Assembly (NCBI GenBank): GCA_951406725.2
Contig: OX597818.1
Span: forward strand, 71,734,001 to 71,798,000
Length of the DNA stretch: 64,000 nucleotides
Direction of reading: 5' to 3'
DNA from: Octopus vulgaris
Lineage: Eukaryota
In this document: in pieces, positions 24,605-38,130 of the stretch
How the letters are laid out: every line of letters begins with the position of its first letter
Position numbering within the stretch: position 1 is the stretch's first letter
The notes under the pieces: generated by a model
Told to the model about the DNA's origin: nothing
Databases searched by the model: none
Seen by the model: only the letters and a program-made list of their open reading frames with translations
Made by a program: the position numbers and the translations under genes

Positions 24605-27434
24605 CTTATCGTCGCTCCCTGTGGTCGACATTCTGGTGGAAGGGAAGATGTCGCGAGCCCTTGTGGACACGGGCTGTACAACAACCCTGATGACTACAGA
24701 AGTGGAAGAGACGTGGAGTGGAGGAAGCAGTGTTAGAGCTGTCGACGGAAGAGAAGTACACTGCGAAGGGGTTACAGATGCGCGGATTGTGGTGCAGGAA
24801 CTACAGCTGACGCTGCGAGCGATTGTGGTTGGTCACTTGGTGGACGAGATCGACGTGGTGATGGGGATGGATGCAATCACCCGCTTGGGAGGTGTCACCG
24901 TTAACGAGGCTGGTGTAACATTTGGGTTAGCGGGGAAACCGTGTAGGGCGAGACCATGCACCGGCGACAGCCGTGAGGAAAAGCATGCTGCGCACACCAT
25001 TGAAGACCAGGATTTTCGGGCTGTCTTTGATGGCAAGAGGTGGACAGTGGAGTGGCACTGGAAGGGAGAGCCCCCGATGTTAAAGAATAAAGTGGGCTGT
25101 TATCAGCATACTCTAAAAGGAGATGCCAGAAGTGAGTTCGAGGGGGAGGTGGAGCGGTGGATTAAGGAGGGCATATTGATCCCTTGGGAAAAAGAAGAGA
25201 GCGGAGTCTTGCCACTGATGGCGGTGATACAGCCCACAAAGCATAAGGTCAGGCCAGTGCTTGACTTCCGAGAGCTGAATGACCACGTATCGTGTTATAC
25301 AGGTGGCGAGGCTACGTATGTATGCGGAGACACCTTGCGAGAGTGGAGGCAGATGACAGGGGCCTCCACGATTGTTGATTTAAAGTCGGCATACCTACAG
25401 GTGCATGTGGCTGAGAAATTGTGGAAGTACCAGCTCGTCAGGTATAAGGGCCGGACGTACTGTCTGACCAGGTTGGGGTTTGGGCTGAACTCAGCGCCAA
25501 AGATTATGGCAACAATTCTCAAGGCCATCCTGGGAAAGGTGGACAGAGTAAAAAGGGCCACCAATTCGTATATCGATGACATTCTAGTGGATGAAACCGT
25601 AATACCAGCAACGGATGTCATAGGCCACCTGAAGAGTTTTGGACTGATCACCAGAGGCAATGGAGGGAGGTGCTGCACTGGGCCTCAAGCAATGGAGAGA
25701 CAAGGCCGGCGCGTTGGTGTTCCGCCGAGGGAATGAGGTCCCTGAACTGGGCGCCAGCATGAGTAGACGGGAACTGTTCTCTGTGTGTGGGAAGCTGGTG
25801 GGACACTACCCGATTGCAGGTTGGCTCCGGACAGCATGTAGCTTCATCAAGACATGAGCCGAAGGAGTGAAGTGGAATGATAGAGTGGGGGAGAAGACGA
25901 TCGACATGATGTAGGAAGTCTTGGTCAGAGTAGGAGCAGAGGACCCAGTGAGGGGCAGCTGGTATGTTCCCAAATTAAAGAGCGGGATTGTATGGTGTGA
26001 CGCCAGTAGCATCGCAACAGGGGTTGTCTTAGAAGTGGGAGGCGTCATGGTGGAAGATGCATCCTGGCTCAGGAAGACAGATGATTGCAATCATATCAAT
26101 GTGGCGGAGTTGGATGGCGTGTTGAAGGGGGTGAACCTAGCCTTGAAGTGGGGATTGCACACCATATAAATCAGGACTGATTCGGCCACTGTACTTGGTT
26201 GGGTGACAGCAGTCATCACCAATGAGCGGAGGGTGAGGACCAAAAGGGCTGCAGAGATGCTGGTAAAGTGTCGATTGGGAATACTGCGTGAACTAACCAC
26301 TGAGTTCAATCTGAAGCTGAGCGTGATCTTTGTGCCTTCCGAGAAGAACAGGGCAGACGTCCTGACCAGGGTAAAGCGAGCCTGTTTGCAGGTGCCAGAG
26401 GATGCGAAGCAGGCTGTAGCTGCAGTATGCCGTCTGAGTGACTCGGAGTTGCGGAGACTGCATACAATGCATCACATGGGTGTGGACAGGACATTGTTCC
26501 TAGCCAGAAAAGTTGACTCCGATGTAACAAGAAAGAGCGTGCAGAGAGTGGTTAGCAGTTGTGACAGGTGCCAGTCCATCGACCCTGCTCCGGGCGTACA
26601 TGAAGCGGGAAGTATTCCAGTGGACCATGACTGGAAATGACTGGCGGTGGACATAACACACTACCGGCAGGGGACATACCTCTCAATGGTTGACTGTGGA
26701 CCGGGGCGGTTGGCCATATGGAGGGAGATGAAGACGGGGACTGCAGAAGAAATTGTGAAAGTGTTGAATGAGATATTCCTGGAACGAGGCCCCATGGATG
26801 AAATGCTTCTGGATAATGGCACTGCATTTCGCTCGGATGTGCTGAAAGAAATGATTAATGGGTGGAAGGTCAATCGCTTCTTCAGGGCGGCATACCGGCC
26901 AAGTGGAAATGGGGTGGTGGAAAAGCATCATCGTACCATCAAGGCCATGGCAGAGAGGGATCACATTTCACCAATCGAGGCTGTATTTTGGTACAATATG
27001 TCGCCCAGATCAGGACAGGCTGAGGAGTCGGTGCCACACAGGGCAATATTCAGGTACGAGTGAAGGCATCTGTGTACTGCATCAATGCGACCCGGGGCAG
27101 AGGAAGAGCACGCCTTCGTGCAGGTCGGGGAAGAAGTTTGGGTAAACCCCCAAATGTACGGTGTACATCACAATGGGGAAAGGGGACAATAACCTCTGTA
27201 AATTCAAAGAATAACATCTCGGTCGATGGTATGCCACGCCACGTTTTGGATATACGGAGGATTGTCCATGCCTCAGAGGATGGGACCAGCAGCAGTGGGC
27301 AAGATGAAAACAACACCAGTAGACAGGATGATGAGGCCAGCTGCAATATACCAGGAACCAGTCCTAGGGTCGCACTGCGACCACAGAGGGAACGGCACCC
27401 TCCTCCCTGGTTGGCTGATTATGAAACCAGTTAA
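24549..27434 (+). pseudogene. pol: Pol (protease, RT, RNase H, integrase) with a frameshift and several stops
   Basis: ALVDTGC; VRPVLDFRELN, DLKSAY, YIDD; WCDASS..HINVAEL..TDS; LHTMHHMG..CDRC; VDIT..LDNG..VEKHHR. Frameshift at about 25655; stops at about 25855, 25912, 26167, 26638 and 27061. Confidence 0.92.
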
Positions 27435-27500
27435 GGTGCGAGTTCGGGAGCGGGGAGCGAGTGAGAAAGCCGGTTCAGTGATCTTTAGATCAGTGGGGCG

Positions 27501-27774
27501 TGTGGTGTCGGTGGAGAGGACGACAGATAGGAGAGGGCGGAAGTAGGGCTTGCAGGTCGCATGCGCGGCAGGAAGCGGAAGCGGTGAGGGACGATGTACG
27601 TGTGGCATCAACGAAGCGGCAGTGGGAGCTGAGACGAGGAAGCGACGAGACGCATTGACTTTGTTGAGAGAGATCTGATCTTCGCTGAGTTTGGTAGACT
27701 AATCTTCGCCGAGGTAAGACCTAATTATATTTCCTTTCTCATTTTCTGTTGTCTTCTTCATCATTCACACCACA
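27501..27774 (+). repeat. 3' LTR
   Basis: Direct repeat of 23509-23782, followed by TSD CATAC. Confidence 0.97.
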
Positions 27775-28231
27775 CATACTAAGTGTCGAAACTCTCCACA
27801 TTCTCCGCTCGTTCACACATATATTCACACTCACTTTAACTCAGCCGAGCTTTCGTACAACCCACTTAATAATCGCTCATACTTCGACTTCGTCTCACGC
27901 CCAACTTACCCCACCATATTCACAGGCTTACACACATCAATATACATACATTAATCTTACTAAACACACACGTAAACACCATTTCTCATACGTCTGCTAT
28001 GAAGCGCATAGAATTTCTAACACATGCAGATACAAATTCACCGTATGTACCTTCTTGGCTCACCTTCATTGGATGGCATTCTCTTTTGGTTCTGTGCTTC
28101 CTTTTATTTCCTTCCCACTCAAATATTTTATCCTTTCGTTCCATTTATTTTATTATTATATTTTTACTCACACACGTGCTGTCACTTTCACTTACAGTAT
28201 TTATCTTTCCTTGTTTCCCATTCATCTGTTT

Positions 28232-28272
28232 TTCATTCTGAAGAAGTACTAACATACGAAACGCCAAGAAGC
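28232..28272 (+). ncRNA. Degenerate minimal hammerhead motif in a PLE-type 3' region
   Basis: CUGAAGA-A-GUA(CUAACA)UAC-GAAA-CGCC-AAGAA; same layout as 21250 but the cleavage triplet is altered. Confidence 0.5.
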
Positions 28273-28731
28273 TTCATATTTCTTCATGTTTTAACAAGTA
28301 AAGTATCATCGTACTTTGTTACATCCATGTTTGTCTTTCTGTGTTATTTCAGTCTGAATTATGTATGTGTGTATGTATGTATGTATGTATGTATGTATGT
28401 ATGTATGTATGTATGTATGTATGTATGTATGTAGCATTGAACTACATATGTGTTTGCCTTTAATTTCGTTTGTTTACTTCTATATTCAGTAAATTGCTCT
28501 ATTATCTTTACAATAATATATAAATTATTGTTAGTAATTTTATGTATTTCTTTATTAATTTATTGTTCCAATGTCAAACAGCCTTTGTCAAGAATAAAAA
28601 ACACTACACGCATCGCATCTTTATCTATTCTTTCAATTTTGATTTTCGCTTTACTCTTCACTCGTTTCTTCTCTTTCCCTGTTCCACCTCAGCTTCAATC
28701 ATTCCTCAATGCATTTTATTTACACCCACCA

Positions 28732-28965
<234 letters not shown>

Positions 28966-29089
28966 CCACATGTATGACAAATGTGAGAACAATACTTGAA
29001 AGGTAGAGTTTAATTACAACATATATGGAACGGTTTGAAATTTTGATTGCCAACAGCCTCTCCTCCGTTGTTTAATAAGTACCGTTTCA

Positions 29090-29460
29090 CTTCTTTGTCT
29101 TACTTCTTTTAGACTGTGGCCATGCTGCAGCATCGTCCTGAAGAATTTTAGTCGAACGAATCGACCACAGTAGTTTAATTTTTGTGAGCCTGGTGCCTTG
29201 TTACTGAACCGCTAACTTACGGGGACGGAGACTCACAAGTACCAGTTGTCAAGCGGTTGTGGATGACACTCACACACATGCACACAAACACACGCACACA
29301 CATACACACACATACACATGTATATGACGGGCTTCTTTCAGTTTCCATCGACCAAATCCCCTCACAAAGCTTTGGTCGGCTCGACGCTTTAGACACTACG
29401 CAGTGGACTGAACCCGAAACTATGTGGTAGGGAAACAAAAGTTCTTACCACACAGCTCTT
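29090..29460 (-). mobile_element. SINE family A, diverged near-full copy
   Basis: Colinear with the reverse complement of 56753-57233. Confidence 0.85.
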
Positions 29461-29469
29461 ACTCTTCGC

Positions 29470-30845
29470 ACCGGCCCCACCTTTACCCGTCTCCCGTTTC
29501 CCCTCACCACCACACCTCCACCCTATCCCTCCAACGCACCATTCTCCGAGTCTTCCGATGACTTCAGTCCGATCCCTCCAGCTCGCACATCTTACCTAAC
29601 CCATCCCTTCCCTCCTTCATCGAGCCCTTAACCTGCGTGACCTCTTGGTCCACAGTTTCTTCCTTACCCTTGCCTCTCAGCTTAGCTCCTTCCCCTGCTC
29701 TCGCCCACGCTATCGCATCAGTCCCTACCTCTCCAACACCACTATTCTTACTAGCACTCACCACTGTCCCTATCACACCACCGATCCTTTACCTGCACTT
29801 CCATTAATGTTATTTACTGCATCCCCTGCTCTCTCTATCCTTCCCAGTACATTGGTCAAACGGGAGGTTGCTTGGCTGACATGTTCGCAGAGCACCTCCG
29901 AGATATCAGACTCGGCAATGACACCTTGGTCTCGCGCCACTTCCGCTCTACCGGTCATTCGCTACATCTGTCAATGATCGGACTGTCTCTGCACAAGGAA
30001 CACCGGACTCTTGCGTTCACTGTGAACAGAAATTAATCTTCTGCCTTCGTTCCTTTGAGCTATATGAGCTCAGCTCACTACCTCTCTTCATCTGACACCA
30101 CCCCACACAAATTCCCACACGTCTCCTACATTCAACTGCCTCACCCCACTTACACACTTGTATACCACCTATTTCAGTACCCTCACCTCACACACACAAA
30201 CATCAAAATACAAACACCCAAACACATTGTTCAATTCATTACTCACTTCACACACCATTGCACTCACTCACAGACACCTTTCCACTCCGCACACACTAGC
30301 ACCCAACACTTCTCAGCACCCACACCACACACCATTATCAACACATTCACTCACCGTTATCTACAAACCCCACCCACACTCTTCAATTGCGTCACCACAC
30401 ATACCACTATACGAACACCTCTACATACTGTTCAACTCAGTACATACATCACAAATCATCATGCATACTCCCACACCTACACAAGCGTATATTTGCTGAA
30501 CACAGACATTATATACAAACACACACGCAACGTTCATAGACACATAAATTTTGTTCACAAACATACACTATACACCTGCACACTATATGGTCACACTCAT
30601 ATACACACATACACACGTGCACACACCACCTGAGCAAGCACATATCAACTGCTAAACACAAGCGTCTGCAAACGCACGCACGCAGGCGCACACGCACACA
30701 TACACACACACGTTAGCTTCACACATATATACATGTTCATACGTGCGCGCGCGTAAACTCATACAAATATACAAAACGCACATCACTCAACGCAACACAT
30801 ACACTAGGTTACTTGTACATACACACACACACCCAGGCCAATATG

Positions 30846-30905
<60 letters not shown>

Positions 30906-30920
30906 CACACACATATATAA
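29470..30920 (+). mobile_element. 3' fragment of a Neptune-like PLE (GIY-YIG remnant + CA-rich UTR)
   Basis: SFPCSRPR.., FTCTSINVIYCIPCSLYPSQYIGQTGGCLADMFAEHLRDIR..SRHFRS, homologous to 18012-18467; followed by a CA-rich tail. Confidence 0.85.
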
Positions 30921-31419
30921 ATACATACTCTGTATGTCTGGACAGTTTTACAAATTTTTACAGTTCCAGTGATGACTTGGATCTGTAGTTTTCGAATCAG
31001 CTTTGTGTCTGTACGTGTGTATGTATGTATGTATGTATGTATGTATGTATGTATGTATGTATGTATGTATGTATGTATGTATGTATGTATGGGTGTGTGT
31101 GTATGCGTAAGCGCAAGTGCATGCCAGTATATATGTTTATATATGTTTTTTTTTGCTTGGTCATTGTAAAATATCTATATAAAAACAGTATATTCAATGA
31201 CTATGGCTATACAGTTGGAAAACATCTTTAAGTAAGAAGAAAGATTGTGAAATGCTACAAGAATATTATTTCTGAAGACCATTGTTTCTTTTTCGTTATT
31301 GTTTACGGCTTTATGTGCGTTCTTCGAGGGATAAAAAAGAATTATATGTACAAGGTAGAACAGGTAAATTATCGCTATTTAATATTAAAAATTTTGCGCA
31401 TGCACATTGTTTGTTTTTG

Positions 31420-32470
31420 ATTTTGTCGACTACACAGTATAGTAGGCTCAGATGTGCACCGCCTGTGAAGAAAGTAACACAATGACGCAATTCACTCTGC
31501 CAGAAATTTGAAAACGACATGCCGTACTGCTTGGCATTCACGCTGGAAGCTCCAATGCGAACATTTCAGAATGTTTGAGTGTCAATCTGAGGATAGTGCA
31601 GATGGTTCAGAAGGAGTTGAATAAGTGGTGATTACGAAGGTACGGCAGCTCAGAAAACTCACTCTGATCGTTGTGATAAGAAAAGAACTCTTGAATTTGC
31701 TGGTGAGATACAGGCCATTATTGACAATGATCCCTCCAAGTCAATCAGGACCATCGCCAGGGACATTTGAGTGTCTAAGTGTCTTATCAGGCAGTGCCTG
31801 AAGGCATTCGGTATTACTCATGCAAGATGAGAAAGGGACATTTTTTTATCCCAAGCCATCAAGGGCAAGAGGAAAGACCGCGCAACGAAGCTTTCGAACA
31901 AACTCAAGCATCCCCTCCAACCGAACATACTTTGGTTTTTCTCAGACGAGAAAAATTTCTGCCAAGATCAGATGGTGAACACACAAAACAACCGTTGACT
32001 TGCCGTATCTCCGCCCTAAAATGTACCGAGAGTGATAAAAATAAAACATCCGGTCAACACCATGATATTTGGAGTGATCACTAGTGATGTCGACGTTATG
32101 CCTCCATTCATCTCCATTCATCACACGGCCTCACACTCAACACGGAGGCCTACATCAAGCGCCTGGAGGAGGTAGTGCTGTTCTGGGAAAAGAGGGTGGC
32201 TGCTGGAAGACCAAATATCTGGCAACAGGATTCTGCACCATGCCACACAAGTAGGAAAACCCAGTCATGGCTGTCAGACAATTTCTATGACCACATCACT
32301 CTAAAATCTGGCCACCTAACTGCCATGGCTGCAACCCACTTGATTATTATGTGTGGGGCGCAGTTGTAACACCAAAGATGAACTGAAGGCAAGGATCATG
32401 ACAGAATGCACCAACTTAAACAAGGAGACCATCCAGAAGAGTTGCATGAGATTCCAAAGTCGTCTGTAGT
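31420..32470 (+). mobile_element. Decayed maT/DD37D-type Tc1-mariner transposase
   Basis: DPSKSIRTIARD, FFSDEKNF..NTQNNR, KHPVNTMIFGVITS, WQQDSAPCHTSRKTQSWL..WPPN..CNPLDYYVWG; about 37 residues between the 2nd and 3rd D after frameshift repair. TIRs not identified. Confidence 0.8.
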
Positions 32471-32677
32471 TTATCTCGCCCCCTCTGACTTTTAGTTCAT
32501 GCAACTGAAAAAACCGCATTATTTATAGGATGACCCAATAAATATATTGGAGCATATATGTTTACAGATATATATGTATAAGTAAACAGGCAAATACACA
32601 CACGCGCGCGCACCCCACTCCCCGCACACACAGAGTTTACAAAGATATTGTGTGCAATAATTATATATATATATATA

Positions 32678-34285
32678 CAGTGGCGGCCAAAATGTTCAGA
32701 ACGGCATTGTTTTCGTCAGAAAAGTAACTATAAGTTTTTATCAAAGTAGTTTTATATTCTATAATTTTCACAGACAATAAACACGATATTATTGTTATTG
32801 TCTGAGATTTTGGTGTAATTTGAGAGGATAATACAAAAGTTATGGATGATTTAGTGATTTACTGCAAAACCCATGGCGGCCAAAATGATCAGAACGGTTG
32901 CTTTTACTCCGTGTTTTAGTAATTTTAATCGGCGAACTCTAATGTTTTGAATTTGTTTACGTGACGGTTCGTTTACTAAACATTAGTAAGAATATTTGCA
33001 GTGTACTTTGTTAATATAATGCCACTTACTCCGTTACCAATTCGTCAGCAGATTATTAAGCTTCGAAGGCAGGATAATTTAAGTATTGGATCTATTGCAA
33101 AGATTGTTAACAAGTCAAAAAGTGTTGTACACGGTATTCTCAAGGTCTACGATGATTGTGGTTCGTGTGAAGCAAGAAAGTTTACAGGTAGGCCAAGAAA
33201 AACGACCAAGAGAGAAGATCGTGCTATGGTTAAGTTGGTTAAAAAGGACAGATTTAAAACTGTTGCTGCTGTTTCTCGGAAAATGAGCATTGTATTGAAG
33301 AAAACTTTATCTCGAAAAACTGTGTCTCGTCGTTTAGTTGAACATGACCTACAAGCAAGAGCACCTGCAGTGAAGCCACTGATCAGCTCCAAGAATAAAA
33401 AGTGTCGTCTTACCTTTGCAACCGAACATGTGTTGTGGTCTCAAGAAAAATGGCAAACGGTGCATTTCAGTGATGAATCTAAGTTTATGTTATTTGGCTC
33501 AGATGGGAAAAGTAGGTGAAAAATTGTCGCCTAAATGCCTTAAGACTAGTGTTAAATTCGGTGGAGGAAGTGTCATGGTTTGAGGGATGATATCTGGAGA
33601 TGGTGTGGGCCCTTTGGTGCGATTACATGGAAAGGTAAATGCAGGAGTTTATAAAGCACTTGTAAAAGATCATGTCTTGCCTGTGCTGAGAAATTCAACT
33701 AAGCGACCACCCATAATCATGCAGGACAATACCCTATGTCACAAGGCTAAGGTGGTCATGAACTTCCTCAAGGATGAAAAGGTTATTGTTATGGATTGGC
33801 CTGCTCAAAGCCCAGATCTCAATCCTATTGAAAATGTATGGAATATTCTAGGAGAACGTTCGAAAGCCAGAAATCCTAAAACAACTGAGCAATTCTGGAA
33901 TGCCCTTCAGGAAGAATGGAATAAGATCACCCAGCAAGAAATTGAAAATTTAATTTCCTCATGCAGTCGAAGATGTCAGCGTGTGATTGAAGCTAAAGGG
34001 CTTCACACTAAATATTAAATAATTCCAGTATTCTCTGTCATTTTTGATTATTTTGTTATTTTTTCAACCGTTCTGATAATTTTGGCCGCCATGGGTTTTA
34101 CAGTAAATCAGTAAATCATCCATAACTTTTGTACTATCCGCTCAAATTAAACCAAAATCTCAGAAAATAACAATTAATATTGTATTTATTGTCTGTGAAA
34201 ATTATATAATATAAAACTACTTTGATAAAAACTTATAGTTACTTTTCTGACGAAAACAATGCCGTTCTGAACATTTTGGCCGCCA

Positions 34286-34288
<3 letters not shown>
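32678..34288 (+). mobile_element. Near-complete Tc1 transposon with about 220-bp IR/DR termini
   Basis: TA|CAGTGGCGGCCAAAATGTTCAGAACGG ... CCGTTCTGAACATTTTGGCCGCCACTG|TA; inner direct repeats at about 32875 and 34068; inserted in (TA)n. Confidence 0.97.
33019..34017 (+). pseudogene. Tc1 DD34E transposase (small deletion/frameshift at about 33515, TGA at 33581)
   Basis: GRPRKTT, FSDESKF, MQDN..WPAQSPDLNPIENVW, KGLHTKY*. Confidence 0.93.
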
Positions 34289-34374
<86 letters not shown>

Positions 34375-34384
34375 TATGTGCGTG

Positions 34385-34434
<50 letters not shown>

Positions 34435-34717
34435 TGTATGTGTGTGTTACAATTGCACAAAATTTCGTCATAATTTTGTCTGATCGCATTACTAGTTTTT
34501 TTCTTTATGACGCCACCGCCGGTTATGAATTAGCACTTTATTGTGTCGGTTATTATTCTGATTCATATAGCTTGGAGACGTTTGCATTGAAGTGAAAATC
34601 ACAAATGAAGGTAAGTACAAGTGACATCCGTTTTTTGTTCAAATTTCTTGAATTTGCCACCCTAATACATTAAATAAGACACAAAGACACGCACACACAC
34701 ATACACACACATATGTA

Positions 34718-34872
34718 CTCACGGGCTTCTGTCAGTTTCCGTCTACCATATCCATTCACAAGTCTGGTCGGCACGAGTTTGTAGTAGAAGACACTTGTCC
34801 AAAGAACCACGCAGTGAAACTGAACTCAAATCAATGTTGTCGGGAAGCAAGCGTCTTAGCACAGAGTCACCC
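34718..34872 (-). mobile_element. SINE family A, 5' fragment
   Basis: ACGGGCTTCTGTCAGTTTCCGTCTACC..AGAAGACACTTG..CACGCAGTG..CTGAAC. Confidence 0.8.
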
Positions 34873-34915
34873 CTGCGCATGTGTGTATATCTTAAAGTAT
34901 ATACGTATGTATATT

Positions 34916-34983
<68 letters not shown>

Positions 34984-35010
34984 ATATATTCATGTATATG
35001 TATATATATG

Positions 35011-35043
<33 letters not shown>

Positions 35044-35504
35044 ATGTGCGCGTGTGTGTGTATGTATGTGTATATTTATGTGTGTGTATCTATATATGTA
35101 TGCACTTTCAATGCTACTGGTAACATGTAACTCAGTATAAACTGTCGCATGGTTGGGCTGCGGGCGACTAACCTGGCAATCCTTACTTGATTTTCATTGT
35201 ATACCCTAAAAGATGAAAGACAAAACCTTTCAAAGGATGGATGAATTCAGTAGAATTAATGGCCTTTAGACAGCTTGGAGTGAGATCCCTAGTCTTTGTT
35301 TTGACATCTCTGCAGGTTTAGGAAAACTTTAATGCAACAACTGCAGCTTTGTTTGCATCCAGTAATATAGACTTGGTCTTCTTTTTGAGCAAATGCATTC
35401 GTTTAGAGAGTAGGATTGACTCTCTGTGCAAAGTATTTCTTCATTTTATAAAAGATTCAGTCACAGACATCGCTTTTTTTAAAATAACAACTTTATTATA
35501 TGTA

Positions 35505-35942
35505 GCATCAATTATTTAATTATTCATAGGAAAAAAAATCATTCATGGGTATTAAGTAGACAATAAATAGAGAAAGTTAGAAACAACTTCTCACAAAACT
35601 GATCTTCAGAGTTCTGTGTAATACATGAGGTTGTTCTATTCAGGAGTATCCCAGCTTTTACAACATTTAGTCAAAACTTCAGGAACCTTCAGCAGAATTA
35701 CTTGACAGGAAAATTCACAATATAACTTTCTATGGCTATTTGGTTACACACAAGCCGATTTAAATTGGTCGAACCACGTTCACGTTGGCGTTAATGCCTA
35801 ATATGGCAACACAGTTAATTTCTCGTAGACAGACTTTGTCTTTTATATTAATACAGCTGGGCCGTTGTCCGAAACTGTGAATCTGAATGAGATTGTTCAA
35901 AAAGGTACACGTACACACACACATATTTAAATATTCACACAC
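35505..35942. repeat. Unclassified about 430-bp interspersed repeat, copy 1
   Basis: Colinear same-orientation homology to 49673-50100. Confidence 0.9.
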
Positions 35943-35984
35943 ACACCATAAACACCCACCCCCACATTTGCACACACAGCTAGC

Positions 35985-36194
35985 CGTAGCTGAGAAAGGC
36001 AAAACGTGAAAAATTCCATGATGTAATGACGGCGCGTGACAGCGTAGGTGGCAACAATGTGAATACTTGCCACATCGTTGCCACATCTGTGTAGAAGGGT
36101 TTAGGTACCTAGCAGGATTCATAAGCCATGCCTGTGCTGCTTTAGGGGAACAATCAAGTAATGGCGTTGCTCGAATTCGAGTCATAGCCATCAT
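35985..36194 (+). mobile_element. Extremely 5'-truncated RTE-like 3' tip
   Basis: Zinc-finger remnant CHIC(V)EGFRYLAGFISH (with an 11-bp duplication). Tail CTCGAATTCGAGTCATAGCCATCAT resembles CTCGATAACGAAGGGGCAGCCATA at about 3875; ends in (TA)n. Confidence 0.55.
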
Positions 36195-37919
36195 GTATAT
36201 ATATGTATATAGATATAAATATATATACACACACATATATATAAAGATATATACACACACACACATATATATATAAAGATATATACACACACACATATAT
36301 ATAAAGATATATACATATGTACATGCATACTATATATATATAGACGTGCATGTATTTATATATGCATGTGTTTGTGCGTGTGTGTGTGTGCATATGTATG
36401 TTTTTATGTATATAAGTATGTTTGTGTGTATATATATATGTGTTTATTATGAATGCATGGTTGTATTCGCATATGTATATTGTTTGTATGTATGTAATAT
36501 GTGTGCGTGATGTGGTTGTATCTGTAAGTGCGCGCGTGCATGTGTGTGTGTGTGTGTGTGTTTACTTAATGCTCTTACCTACCTATTTGACAATCACATG
36601 CCATTTGTTAACGTTGATTTCTCTGGTCTGGCATGTCATAATTGTTTTCAAATGTCAGTCGGTCAATGCTCAGTACCGACAGCAATTTGGGAATTGAACG
36701 GGTTGATGGGTGGGTGGGAAGATGGGTGGAAGGGCATTCCTTTATAAGTCGAAAGTATTAAATTCATACAGTCTAGAAACTGAGGTCATGATGATTTAAA
36801 GTTGTTTATTCGATTTTGAAATGTAAATTTCACCCTGGGGCCGTTGGAACTGTAAACATGATGGGTTGTTAAGAAATACCACACGTCACCATTTTTGTGA
36901 CTCCTTTAAGCCTTGTTTTACTAAGAAATATTGAGTTCTTACATTTTTTTTTACTATGAAATATTGGTTTCTAACTGGTAATTTTTCGTTCCGGGTTCAA
37001 ATTCTGCCGAGGCCAAATTCACTTTGCAGCCATCTCGAGGTTAATGAAATAATGAACCATTCAAATACAGGGGTATATTTCATTAGCTGATACTGGTGTC
37101 TCCTCGGCATCTTCATCAAGAGGTTATGGCTGAGATTCCCTAACGAATATGCTTAGTGTTGCGCTTTGAGAAGAGAATAGATAATTCACTTGTTAGGGTT
37201 ATCTAAAGATTTTCTATAGAAATTATAACCAGCATTGATTTTTGTTACGACGTTTCGTAAGTAAGACGCCTATTGTAAACAATAATGGGATCAAAGATGA
37301 AAGCTGGATAATGAGCATATATGCCATATTTCAGAAGATTTTGCTTCTTCATAGGCACCTTACAGGTCATTAATATTTACGTACCAGTTTCCAGCAATGT
37401 GTCTAATATGTAGAATTGGTGCATCCAATAACGTTACACTGCTATATTTAGTGGCTATTTAAGCAATGAGTTTCTGAATGGTCAATGGTTTGGATGGGTG
37501 CTGATGAATATTTTCATGCCATATTTCAGAAGCAAAAACGTACGCCCATGACTAATTTTTCATCTCCGACCTCATCGTTGTTCATATCAGGTGTCTTGGA
37601 TATGAAACGTCGTAACAAAATCACTGCTGGCTATAATATATATAGAAAATCTGTAGAGATAACCTTAACATGTAATGTAATAGCACTGCCAAGACAACAG
37701 AACACAGTGTTGACTTATAAAAAACGTTTAATATACTTCGTAGTATATTATGATTGTATAACGAAATACGGTGTCCCTACAGGTCATTAATTAATAATTA
37801 GTAATAGAGTCTGTTATTGATAATACATTGTAATTCCGAATTTCATGCTTAATTTATAAAAATAACCATTTAAGCAATCATCATACTCACTAAGCTCTCT
37901 AATATTTTCGTCGTTACAG

Positions 37920-38130
37920 GGAAATACCGTGACCGTTGGAAATATGATTCAGTGAATCCCATTCCAAAGAAAGGTAATCCCTCTGACTCTGCCAACTATC
38001 GTCCTATAGCGTTTACCTCTAACATCACGAGGTGATGGCAACATCCATTAACAATGATGCCTTCACCATCTCAGTGACCTCCAAAATGGCATCCACAATG
38101 CCAGATCCATTGGTGACCTATTGCTTTATG
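37920..38130 (+). pseudogene. Non-LTR (CR1/L2/Jockey-group) RT fragment
   Basis: RWKYDSVNPIPKKGNPSDSANYRPIAFTS. Confidence 0.75.

Larger units (their letters stand above)
23509..27774 (+). mobile_element. Complete compact Ty3/Gypsy-type LTR retrotransposon (4266 bp)
   Basis: 274-bp LTRs at 23509-23782 and 27501-27774 (TGTGGTG...CACCACA; 7 mismatches by my count); 5-bp TSD CATAC; order gag-PR-RT-RH-IN. Confidence 0.97.

Noticed and set aside
37604-37622. GTCGTAACAA, matching the conserved 3' end of SSU rRNA
   Set aside because: Only about 10 nt match and the flanks do not resemble rRNA.
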